From Elusimicrobiales bacterium (lineage in GTDB: Bacteria; Elusimicrobiota; Elusimicrobia; Elusimicrobiales; UBA9959): DNA of 64,000 bases. The position numbers and the translations under genes are program-made. Numbering within the stretch: the first letter of the stretch is position 1; each line of letters opens with the position of its first letter. The stretch is from NCBI GenBank assembly GCA_049972095.1, contig JBMFKQ010000001.1, positions 28,349 to 92,348 on the forward strand, written 5' to 3'. This document shows, piece by piece, positions 37,561-46,136 of this stretch. The notes beneath the pieces were generated by a model. That model worked only from the letters and a program-made list of their open reading frames with translations. It made no database searches and was not told the origin of the DNA.

Positions 37561-39595
37561 TGGTTTTTACCTCATAGATAAGTCTTATAGTTGCTGATAT
37601 ATTGAGTAGTAAGAATGCTGCTATATATATCATAAAAAAAGATCTGCCAAGCATATCTATAAAGTTTTTTATGAGCATTGAATTATATTCTTTGGAAATC
37701 TTGCGTTTTATATTATCTTTCTGTGGGATTTCAAGCCCAGAGGTTCTTTTTTTAAACTCGTCGTCTATTCTCTTTTTTACCTCCTCATTTATTTTTTTAT
37801 CAATATCCATTTCATTTATATTATCCTCCACCATACCTAAATAAATCTTTTGCTTGACTTCACTTTCTATCTTGGAAATCTCTTGTTTAACTGCCATTTC
37901 TATCTCCCTTATTTTCATCTCGTAGTTCTTCATTTCCTCAGTATAAACTTTATCTAACTGGATTGATATGTATTGGTACTTTGACATACTTATTGCAAGT
38001 ATATTTACAGCTATAAATAGAATAAGACTAAGATTTAGTCGGGATATAAGTATCAGAAAGGTAAATAGGAGAGTAGCTATTTTTATTATTGTGATGTATG
38101 ATTCTATCATATTCATCTGAAGAACTGAAGATACTGAGAGAGATGAGACGAGAGAAAGGGTAAAAAATAGAAGTGCAAATATTATTTTCTTTATAATTGT
38201 CTGTTTTATTTTTTTGTGAAGTGAGTGAAGTGTGGTTATCGTTAAGAAAGAAGCAATTATATAAAACGCTGGGTTTGTTTCAAGTGTTGAAAAAAATTTA
38301 AAAAAGCAGTGTGAAGGTGAGTTAAAGATTGTGCTTTTTGCAAATCCATAGGCAGATAGTGTTATTAATAGAAAGTATATCAGATACTCTGTTAGTTTAC
38401 CAAAGGTTTTTCTCAAAGCCTCTGTCATAGCTATAAGTGAAAGGAAAAAAAGTAGGATATAAAAAACTTGAAATTTGCCTGAAATATATGCAGAAGTTAT
38501 CAATAAAGCTCCTGCTAAAAAAATAAAAAATGAGTGTAATATTAGTCTTGATAATATAAATATTTTTTTATTTTGAAATTTAGATTTAATTGGAGATTCT
38601 TTTTCCTCTTCGTCTTCTTTCTTTTCATAAATAGAAGAGTAGGTTGAGGTTATTTTTTTATCTTTATCAGGTTGTTGTTTTTTTTCTGTGGTTTGCGTAG
38701 TTTTAATCTTATCTTCTACACCCTCTAAAACAATTTCCTCAGTCTCTGGAAGTATATTCTTATATCCCATTGCTTTGTGTTTTTCAAGCTCTGCTATAAC
38801 CTCAGTTGCACTCTGATACCTTTCCTCGGGTTTTTTCTTCATAAGCTTTTCTATCATTCTCACAGTCCATATTGGAAGATCAGGTTTTATCATATAAAGA
38901 TTTGGTAAAGATGAGTTAATATGCTTGCTTATTACCTCTATTGTACTATTACCTTCAAATGGATATTTTCCTGTCAGTATGTAAAAATAAGTTGCACCAG
39001 CTGAGTACAGATCGCTTCTTGCATCAACTTTGTTCCCAAGCCCCTGTTCAGGGGACATAAAATATGCTGTTCCTATCATCTCTCCTGTTACTGTAAGACT
39101 TTTTTCTTCAATAATCCTTCTTGCAAGACCAAAATCTATTATTCTTGGAACTCCCTCTTTGGTGATTATTATGTTTGATGGTTTTATATCTCTGTGTATT
39201 ACCGTCTTTGAATGAGCATGTTCAAGCCCTTTCATAACCCCCAACATTATTTCGGATGCCTCATCAACACTTAGGTATCCTTTCTCCTTTACTATTACCT
39301 CAAGACTTTTGCCTTCAACATATGACATAACTATATAATATCTATCTCTTTCCCTACCATAGTCATATACATGAACTGTATTTGGATGATCAAGCTGTTT
39401 TGATATCTCAGCCTCTCTTAAGAAAAAATCTATGTTTCTTTTATCAGCCTCAAGCTCTTTTGGAAGTAGTTTTATGCAAACAATTTTATTCAGTTTTATA
39501 TGATGTGCCTTATAAACAACACCCATTCCACCTTGTCCTATTTTTTCAAGAACAAGGCAGCCCGCAAAGGTTTTTCGTATTAAATCATCAGTCAT
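37550..39595 (-). CDS. Hanks-type Ser/Thr kinase with polytopic membrane C-terminus
   Basis: GQGGMG, catalytic Lys in IVCIK, HRDIKPSN, DFG, MSPEQ; about 7-8 hydrophobic helices after residue ~345. Confidence 0.93.
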   Translation of the reverse strand: MTDDLIRKTFAGCLVLEKIGQGGMGVVYKAHHIKLNKIVCIKLLPKELEADKRNIDFFLREAEISKQLDHPNTVHVYDYGRERDRYYIVMSYVEGKSLEVIVKEKGYLSVDEASEIMLGVMKGLEHAHSKTVIHRDIKPSNIIITKEGVPRIIDFGLARRIIEEKSLTVTGEMIGTAYFMSPEQGLGNKVDARSDLYSAGATYFYILTGKYPFEGNSTIEVISKHINSSLPNLYMIKPDLPIWTVRMIEKLMKKKPEERYQSATEVIAELEKHKAMGYKNILPETEEIVLEGVEDKIKTTQTTEKKQQPDKDKKITSTYSSIYEKKEDEEEKESPIKSKFQNKKIFILSRLILHSFFIFLAGALLITSAYISGKFQVFYILLFFLSLIAMTEALRKTFGKLTEYLIYFLLITLSAYGFAKSTIFNSPSHCFFKFFSTLETNPAFYIIASFLTITTLHSLHKKIKQTIIKKIIFALLFFTLSLVSSLSVSSVLQMNMIESYITIIKIATLLFTFLILISRLNLSLILFIAVNILAISMSKYQYISIQLDKVYTEEMKNYEMKIREIEMAVKQEISKIESEVKQKIYLGMVEDNINEMDIDKKINEEVKKRIDDEFKKRTSGLEIPQKDNIKRKISKEYNSMLIKNFIDMLGRSFFMIYIAAFLLLNISATIRLIYEVKTNDL

Positions 39596-40535
39596 TTATT
39601 CTTCTGTCTCTGTGATAAGTACTTGATTGTGAGTATGCTCTTGATTTTAAGTACTTCTTTATCTCAAAAATTTTTTCTATCAGTTTTGCATAGTGGATAG
39701 TTTTCCTTACATCAACTATTGCAACTGAAAGCCTCATTATTGGAAAGCGTATTATATTGTTCATACGATCTGCTACAGTTATATACCCATTTTTTCTATC
39801 CTTCTCTGAATAAAAGTTTAATATCTCTTTATCAAACCTCTTTATTATCTCATCAACTGTTTCTATTATTTTATCGCAGGGTGTTATTATAACAAAATCA
39901 TCTCCTCCTATGTGACCTATAAAATATTCAAATCTCGCATTTTTAAAACTCTGCATTATTATTTTAGCAAGGAATTTTATTACATCATCGCCCTTTGTGT
40001 ATCCATAAGCATCATTGTAGGCTTTAAAACCGTCTATATCTATATAGGCATATGAAAAATGTTGTTTAGATTCAATCTTCTTTTTTGTATACTCCTCTAT
40101 CAGTGGGGTGCCAGGAAGTTTGGTAAGAGGATTTAATGATGAATCCCTTTCCTTTCTTTTAAGCAGTCTATTTATTCTTACCTTAAGCTCTCTTACATCA
40201 AATGGTTTGTTTATGTAATCATCAGCTCCAGTTTCTATCATTTTTATTTTTGAGCCAATCTCATCCACACCTGTTATAACTATTATAGGGATTGAGGTGG
40301 TTAGTGGATTTTCTCTTATTTTTTTGCATATCTCATAACCATCAATATCTGGAAGTTTGAGATCGAGAAGGATTAGATTTGGAAGAGGCTCTTTTGTTAT
40401 CTGATCAAGAAAGTCTTTTCCTTTCAGAAATGTCAGAACATTATAATTAAGGTTTTTCAATATCACAGAAACAAGCAAGCCAACACTTGGATCATCATCA
40501 ATAACCACAACTGTTTTGTTTGAATTATCTTGCAA
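39588..40535 (-). CDS. Response regulator with GGDEF (GGDDF) domain
   Basis: REC (IDDD, LLDLKLP, KP); NPLTKLPG, DIDGFKAYNDAYG...GD, GHIGGDDF; TTG start with GGAGG RBS. Confidence 0.9.
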   Translation of the reverse strand: MQDNSNKTVVVIDDDPSVGLLVSVILKNLNYNVLTFLKGKDFLDQITKEPLPNLILLDLKLPDIDGYEICKKIRENPLTTSIPIIVITGVDEIGSKIKMIETGADDYINKPFDVRELKVRINRLLKRKERDSSLNPLTKLPGTPLIEEYTKKKIESKQHFSYAYIDIDGFKAYNDAYGYTKGDDVIKFLAKIIMQSFKNARFEYFIGHIGGDDFVIITPCDKIIETVDEIIKRFDKEILNFYSEKDRKNGYITVADRMNNIIRFPIMRLSVAIVDVRKTIHYAKLIEKIFEIKKYLKSRAYSQSSTYHRDRRIND

Positions 40536-40631
40536 TATCCCTCCTCATCTATTCTTAACAAATCTGTTCATTATCTTCTTCTCTAATTATTATATAAAAA
40601 AAATCCTATTAAAGAAGAAGGAGATTAACAG

Positions 40632-41474
40632 TCAAGATTTTTTTATTCTTGGATAGAATGGATATCTGAAGTTAAACATCCCGAGTATCTCATTTCCTGC
40701 TTTGTATGTTAAGTAAGATAGTTGAAAGTTGAGCTTTAGAAAGTTTGCAAGCTGAAGATTTATAAGTTTTGGAGAGAATGTTGAACCCTGAGGGATTATA
40801 ACCTCAAAGCCAATTATATTCTTATCTTTAATTATTAAGAATGTGTTAAAAAATAAGGTTGAGTGGGTTATTCTTCTTGGTTTTGAGTATGTGAGATCAG
40901 ATGATCTTTCTGATAAAAACTCAGAAAGCATATAGACTGTTTTTGAGAAATCCCCTTCAGAATAGCCGGCACTTAAAACATAATTCTTTGTGATGTATTT
41001 TGAGATGACAAAGTAAAGCGAAAGATTGTCCTGAGTATTTTTTGAGTCAACCTTAAATGATGCTGAAGGACTTGAAAGATTTGGTTGAGGTGAATCCCTA
41101 AATAAAAAAGATGCCTTTGCACCTGATGCAAATGCAGGGATATATTTCCTTTCCTTTTGAATAAGTAATTTCCCATCCATCTCAAGATACCACAGACCTA
41201 TTTTGTCAAGATAGTTTTTTTTATCAACTGTCCAGTTAAATGTGTTTTTGCCATAGAGCCTTCCAATATAATAAGCTGCGTTTATATCAAGTGAGCTGCC
41301 GATCTCGTTAAGTCCATATGTTCTGTATGCTGTTGGGGTTATTACCAATCCACTGACAGGTGTTTTTTTGAGTTCAGATTCATCATTGCCTAAATTTTGA
41401 GTTATCAAAGTGCTTGGCTGTTGAGAGAAAAGTGAAGATTGTAAGATAATTGCCACAAGTGCTATTTTTATCAC
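40632..41474 (-). CDS. Hypothetical exported, probable outer-membrane protein (YjbH-like start)
   Basis: Signal peptide; SGLVITPTAY; aromatic-rich alternating strands. Confidence 0.5.
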   Translation of the reverse strand: MIKIALVAIILQSSLFSQQPSTLITQNLGNDESELKKTPVSGLVITPTAYRTYGLNEIGSSLDINAAYYIGRLYGKNTFNWTVDKKNYLDKIGLWYLEMDGKLLIQKERKYIPAFASGAKASFLFRDSPQPNLSSPSASFKVDSKNTQDNLSLYFVISKYITKNYVLSAGYSEGDFSKTVYMLSEFLSERSSDLTYSKPRRITHSTLFFNTFLIIKDKNIIGFEVIIPQGSTFSPKLINLQLANFLKLNFQLSYLTYKAGNEILGMFNFRYPFYPRIKKS

Positions 41475-41481
41475 ATTAAGA

Positions 41482-41967
41482 TTATAGCATTTTTATTAGA
41501 TGTAATGCCAGGATAATAACCCCTGCATAGGTGGCTGCTATAATATCATCAAAAACTATCGCAAGCCCTTTCATCTTTATTTTCTCGACTCTTTTTATCG
41601 GGAAGGGCTTGATTGTGTCAAAGATTCTAAAAAAAATAAAAAGAATTACTGCATTAAAGATATCTTTGGCTATGAAAAAAAAACCGAAAAAATATCCGCA
41701 TATCTCATCTATAACAATAAGAGGGTTGTCCTTCTCTTTTTCTTTTGAAAATGCATTTTCACTTATCCATATTGAGAATAATAGGAAGGATATTATAAAA
41801 ATAACTCTTTTTGCATACCTTTCAGGTATAAGATAAGGATATAGCACAAACGCAAGCAAACTTCCCATAAAACCACATCCCTTAAACCTTCCCTTTTTTT
41901 TGAATATGAAAACAGGCAGATAGCTTATAAAAAAACCGCTTGCTATAAAGTTAATTATTTTTTCCAC
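41482..41967 (-). CDS. pgpA: Phosphatidylglycerophosphatase A
   Basis: VIDEICG, FFRIFD.IKPFP, DDIIA. Confidence 0.92.
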   Translation of the reverse strand: MEKIINFIASGFFISYLPVFIFKKKGRFKGCGFMGSLLAFVLYPYLIPERYAKRVIFIISFLLFSIWISENAFSKEKEKDNPLIVIDEICGYFFGFFFIAKDIFNAVILFIFFRIFDTIKPFPIKRVEKIKMKGLAIVFDDIIAATYAGVIILALHLIKML

Positions 41968-42545
41968 TGTTTTTGTATCATCCTGTAATGATTTGATATG
42001 TAAAACACCCCGCTTACAACCGTTATAAAGGATGATATAACCACAAGATATGAGGGTAGATTTTTAAATTTTTGCACAATAAATGCAATCTCCAAGTTTC
42101 TATCAGACAGGGACAGCATTATGAGATATATCATTATCAGGTATATTGATATGAACTGAATAAGTGTTTTAAATTTTCCTGATTTTTCTGCAGAGAGCAC
42201 ATAATTGTCAAGGGCTGCGAGAACTCTTAGGGATGCAACGCTCAACTCTCTTAGTATTATAAGAAATATTGCAAACATTGGTATGTTTAATTCCTTTACA
42301 TCAGCAAATGCGAGGTAACATGAAAAAACTATTATCTTGTCGGCGTATGGATCTATTATCGCTCCAAATCTTGTTATTGTATTGGTTTCTCTTGCTATTT
42401 TACCGTCGATATAATCTGATAGCGTGGATATAAAAAGAACAATAAAAGCTAAGATGAGAGATGTTGTTGAGGTTTTATCTATAAGAAAATACAGCACAAC
42501 TCCAAGAATTGTTCTTGTGAGGGTTATCTTATTAGCAAGTGTCAT
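41955..42545 (-). CDS. pgsA: CDP-diacylglycerol--glycerol-3-phosphate phosphatidyltransferase
   Basis: NKITLTR, D.IDG.IAR....T.FG.IIDP.ADK, RE, GKFKT..Q. Confidence 0.92.
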   Translation of the reverse strand: MTLANKITLTRTILGVVLYFLIDKTSTTSLILAFIVLFISTLSDYIDGKIARETNTITRFGAIIDPYADKIIVFSCYLAFADVKELNIPMFAIFLIILRELSVASLRVLAALDNYVLSAEKSGKFKTLIQFISIYLIMIYLIMLSLSDRNLEIAFIVQKFKNLPSYLVVISSFITVVSGVFYISNHYRMIQKQWKK

Positions 42546-43186
42546 AGTGAAAGTGTTTCAAAGCCATCTTTGTTCTTGTACTTGAATTCTCCATCACTTA
42601 TATTATCATTTATCTTCACATTGTTGAAGACTGTTGATATAGATGTATCACCCATATCAAGTTCAGTTCTTAAAGGAGTGTTACTTTTCGAGAAAACTAT
42701 TTTCAATATGTAAGTGTTTTTCTTTGACCTTATTATTATAACCTTTAAATCATTTTCTTTGTATATTTCTATATCTTCCTTAGAGGCAACTTCCCGGTAT
42801 CTGCCAAGTTCAAGAAGTCCTTTTATTCTTGGTTCAAGACTGTTTTTCCACTTCTCCCAATGTGTTTTTATTATCTGTTTATCCTTTGGTTTTACTATTG
42901 TGAGCTCCTTTTCATTCCTAATAATTATTATTTGATCCTGTGGCTTTGTGTGTATTATTTTAAGATTACCTGGCTTTGAAAAAAAAATTTTCCCCTCAAC
43001 ATTCTGCTTTATTTCAGCTGTTTTAAAGAATATTTCTTGTGTGAAATCCGCTGTAAGGGTTTTTATGCTTTCATCTATCTTTTTTATTTCTTCTAAGGGG
43101 TTGTTAACGATTTCTGCATCCTTTATAACATTTTCGCTACTGAAGCTTTGAAGAACAAATATTGCTATGATAAAAACAAACCTCAT
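42542..43186 (-). CDS. lolA: Outer-membrane lipoprotein carrier LolA-like
   Basis: Signal peptide; TLTADFTQ, G.IFFSKPG; canonical position after ftsK. Confidence 0.8.
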   Translation of the reverse strand: MRFVFIIAIFVLQSFSSENVIKDAEIVNNPLEEIKKIDESIKTLTADFTQEIFFKTAEIKQNVEGKIFFSKPGNLKIIHTKPQDQIIIIRNEKELTIVKPKDKQIIKTHWEKWKNSLEPRIKGLLELGRYREVASKEDIEIYKENDLKVIIIRSKKNTYILKIVFSKSNTPLRTELDMGDTSISTVFNNVKINDNISDGEFKYKNKDGFETLSL

Positions 43187-45420
43187 ACATCCTCCTTTCT
43201 ACTTTCAGCTGATTGTAGATATGATTCTATTTTATCAAAATATATCTGCCATCTGTTCGTGCCTTCTGGCTTATATATAAAACCTTTTATCTCAAGAAGG
43301 CTTAGGATATTTGTGGCTCTTGCTGATGAACCAAAGTGTGCTTTTAAAAGATCTTGAGAGACTCTTTTTCTTTCAAGTACAAGTTTGAGTGCTCTTATGA
43401 GATCCTCATTACTTGAACCCTTTCCATCAAGCTCTGATTGCTCCTCATCAAGATAGACTGGATAATCTGGTTTACCCTGTTGTGATATGAATCTCACAAC
43501 TCTTTCTATCTCCTCTTCGCTGACATAGCATCCTTGTATTCTATCCGGCTTGCTTTTGTGTGGTGCAAGAAATAACAAATCTCCCTTTCCTATTAAACTT
43601 TCCGCCCCAGGCATATCTATTATAACCCTTGAGTCAACCTTTGAGCTTACCTGAAGTGCAACCCTTGTAGGAAGATTTGCCTTTATAACTCCAGTTATAA
43701 CATCAACAGAAGGTCTTTGTGTGGCAATGACAATATGTATTCCCACTGCCCTTGCCATCTGCGTTAACCTCTGTATTGATTCCTCAACCATATTTTTTGT
43801 CTGAAGCATAAGATCTGCAAGCTCATCTATCACAACAATTATATAAAACTCCTCTGGTTGTTTGTTTGCTTTTGCCCATTTATTGTATGACTGTATGTTT
43901 TTAACCTTTGCTTTTTCAAATTTTTTGTATCTACTTTCCATAACCTTTGTGAGTGCCATAAGGGATTTTGCCGCCTCTTTTGGATCCGTTATCACACAAA
44001 GATTATCCGGTGTTGTTTTTGGATCATAAAGGTAAGGTATCGATTCATATGAGGTTAGTTCAAGCCTTTTTGGGTCTATTAAAAGAAATTTAACCTCATC
44101 AGGAGTATTGCGGTATATTATCGAGATTATGAGTGATTGAAGAAAAACGCTTTTACCACTTCCCGTAGCACCTGCAATAAGAAGATGTGGCATCTCCTCA
44201 AGGTTAGCTATTGCTATTGAGCCGTCAGAGTATCTTCCAACAGCAAATGTTAGTTTATTGTTTGAGGCATTGAACTCTGGGCTTTCTATAACCTCTCTAA
44301 GGGTTATAATGTTCCTTTTGAGATTTGGTATTTCAAAACCTATTGCTGATTTGCCGGGTATGGGGGCTATAACCCTTATAGCCCCTGCTGATTTCATAGC
44401 AAGGGCGATGTCATTGGAAAGTGAGACTATTGAGCTTATCTTAACTCCTGGTGATGGAGTAACCTCATAGCGTGTTATAACCGGTCCAGGATATATGCCC
44501 GATATGTAGGCTGATATATTGAAGTTTTTTAGAGTTTCTTCAAGTTTGCTTTTTGCGGCTTCTATCTCAGCTTTTTGAGGAAGATACATATCCTTTACAT
44601 TTCTGTTTAAAAGCTCTATTGGTGGAAGTTTGAAATTTTTAAACCTAAGAAATTCTATATTAGATTCTGTTTGATTATTAGTAATTTTTTTTCTATCCAT
44701 TTCATCTTTCTGTGTTTTATTATTTTTTTGGGTTTTATCTATGCTTGTGAGTATCGGCTCTGAGGCAAGTTGTATAGTTTGGTGTGGTTCCATTTCTATT
44801 CTTTCAAATGTCTGATCTGGTTTTTGTTTGGTTTTTTTTATCAGCTCCTCTTCTTTTTTTACCTTTTCTATTTTTGCACAAAGCTCTGCTCTTGCATGCT
44901 TCCACTCTTTCCAATCCTTTTTGATTATATAAGCTGTTTTTATGAAGATCTCTTTCCATCTTATCTCAAATATTATGTTCAGTCCTATAACAAACATTGC
45001 AACTGAAAATATAACTCCACCAGTTGATCCAAAAAGTGTTCTCAAAATTGAGTCAGTGAAATAACCTAACCAGCCGCCCTTAGCATTTTCAAGGATTTTC
45101 TGATAGTGTATGTATTCTGCTATTGCAGAGATTGATGTTATTGTTATGAAAGATCCTATAACTAAAGACAATATTCCTTTATTCAGTTTTCCAAATTTTA
45201 GCAATATTCTTATGCTTCCATAAAAAAAGATAAAAGGAAAGAGGTATATACTATGACCAAATAACGAAAATGCCCAATTAAAGATGAAATTTCCGACAAC
45301 TCCCTTCTGCGTTGGATTTATTATTATCCAAAAAAGGTATATCGAAACTGAAATGAAAAAAATCCATAAGATAACTGATATTGTTGGGTTATGTTTTTTT
45401 TTACTGTAAAGTTTTAGCAT
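43183..45420 (-). CDS. ftsK: DNA translocase FtsK
   Basis: N-terminal TM domain; GPVITRYE, PHLLIAGATGSGKS, IDPK, IDELADLM, ATQRPSVDVITG; start may instead be TTG at 45441. Confidence 0.96.
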   Translation of the reverse strand: MLKLYSKKKHNPTISVILWIFFISVSIYLFWIIINPTQKGVVGNFIFNWAFSLFGHSIYLFPFIFFYGSIRILLKFGKLNKGILSLVIGSFITITSISAIAEYIHYQKILENAKGGWLGYFTDSILRTLFGSTGGVIFSVAMFVIGLNIIFEIRWKEIFIKTAYIIKKDWKEWKHARAELCAKIEKVKKEEELIKKTKQKPDQTFERIEMEPHQTIQLASEPILTSIDKTQKNNKTQKDEMDRKKITNNQTESNIEFLRFKNFKLPPIELLNRNVKDMYLPQKAEIEAAKSKLEETLKNFNISAYISGIYPGPVITRYEVTPSPGVKISSIVSLSNDIALAMKSAGAIRVIAPIPGKSAIGFEIPNLKRNIITLREVIESPEFNASNNKLTFAVGRYSDGSIAIANLEEMPHLLIAGATGSGKSVFLQSLIISIIYRNTPDEVKFLLIDPKRLELTSYESIPYLYDPKTTPDNLCVITDPKEAAKSLMALTKVMESRYKKFEKAKVKNIQSYNKWAKANKQPEEFYIIVVIDELADLMLQTKNMVEESIQRLTQMARAVGIHIVIATQRPSVDVITGVIKANLPTRVALQVSSKVDSRVIIDMPGAESLIGKGDLLFLAPHKSKPDRIQGCYVSEEEIERVVRFISQQGKPDYPVYLDEEQSELDGKGSSNEDLIRALKLVLERKRVSQDLLKAHFGSSARATNILSLLEIKGFIYKPEGTNRWQIYFDKIESYLQSAESRKEDV

Positions 45421-45661
45421 CTGAGGAAAGATTTTCTGCAAGTAGAGTTATTTTGTAGATTAGGTTTTCAGATGAAATTTTTATTCTGTTTTCTGAAAGA
45501 AGCTTACCAACAGCCATATACATAATAGAGCTTGAGATTTTAAAGTTTGTTTTTATCTCCCAAGATGTTGCTGTTTTTAACGGTAGTGTGGCAAGATAGT
45601 TTTCGATATCTTTAGCAAGTTTTGATATCCTTTCGTGTATATAATTTTCATTTTCACTCAT
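45401..45661 (-). CDS. Small winged-helix protein (DUF2582-like)
   Basis: TSWEIK....SSSIMYMAVGKLL.ENRI pattern; coupled to accB. Confidence 0.6.
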   Translation of the reverse strand: MSENENYIHERISKLAKDIENYLATLPLKTATSWEIKTNFKISSSIMYMAVGKLLSENRIKISSENLIYKITLLAENLSSDAKTLQ

Positions 45662-46134
45662 AGTTTTTCAATGACAAAAAGCACATCCCCCTCGTTCACA
45701 AACTTACCATTTTCAGCTATGCATTTAACTATTCTGCACTTAAACTCCGTTTTTATCTCATTGAAAACCTTCATTGCTTCTATAAGACATACTATACTAT
45801 TAGCCTCAACGATGTCTCCCTCCCTCACAAATGGTGGGCTTGAAGGTGATGATGCTCTGTAAAATATGCCTGACATAGGGGATTTTATCGTCTCACCCAT
45901 TATATCAGTCTTTTGCTCTGGTTTAGTTTGTTGATTTGGAGGTTGGGTAGTAGGCGTCTGTGAAGATATTGGAAGTATTTGAATCTGGGTTTTGGTTTTT
46001 CTTGAAAGCTTTATATAGCTATCACCATCACCTATTTCAACAAGATCGAGATTATTTTTTACCATAAAGTCGTAAACTTCCTTTATCTCGCTAAGGTAAT
46101 TTTTTTCCGAATTTTTTTTCATCTCTTCCTCCAC
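45658..46134 (-). CDS. accB: Biotin carboxyl carrier protein
   Basis: SPMSGIFYRA.SP, biotinyl-Lys motif EAMKVFNEI, Pro/Gln linker. Confidence 0.93.
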   Translation of the reverse strand: MEEEMKKNSEKNYLSEIKEVYDFMVKNNLDLVEIGDGDSYIKLSRKTKTQIQILPISSQTPTTQPPNQQTKPEQKTDIMGETIKSPMSGIFYRASSPSSPPFVREGDIVEANSIVCLIEAMKVFNEIKTEFKCRIVKCIAENGKFVNEGDVLFVIEKL

Positions 46135-46136
46135 TT

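Noticed and set aside
39588..40535. Hypr cGAMP synthase call
   Set aside because: The specificity position is Asp, not Ser/Thr
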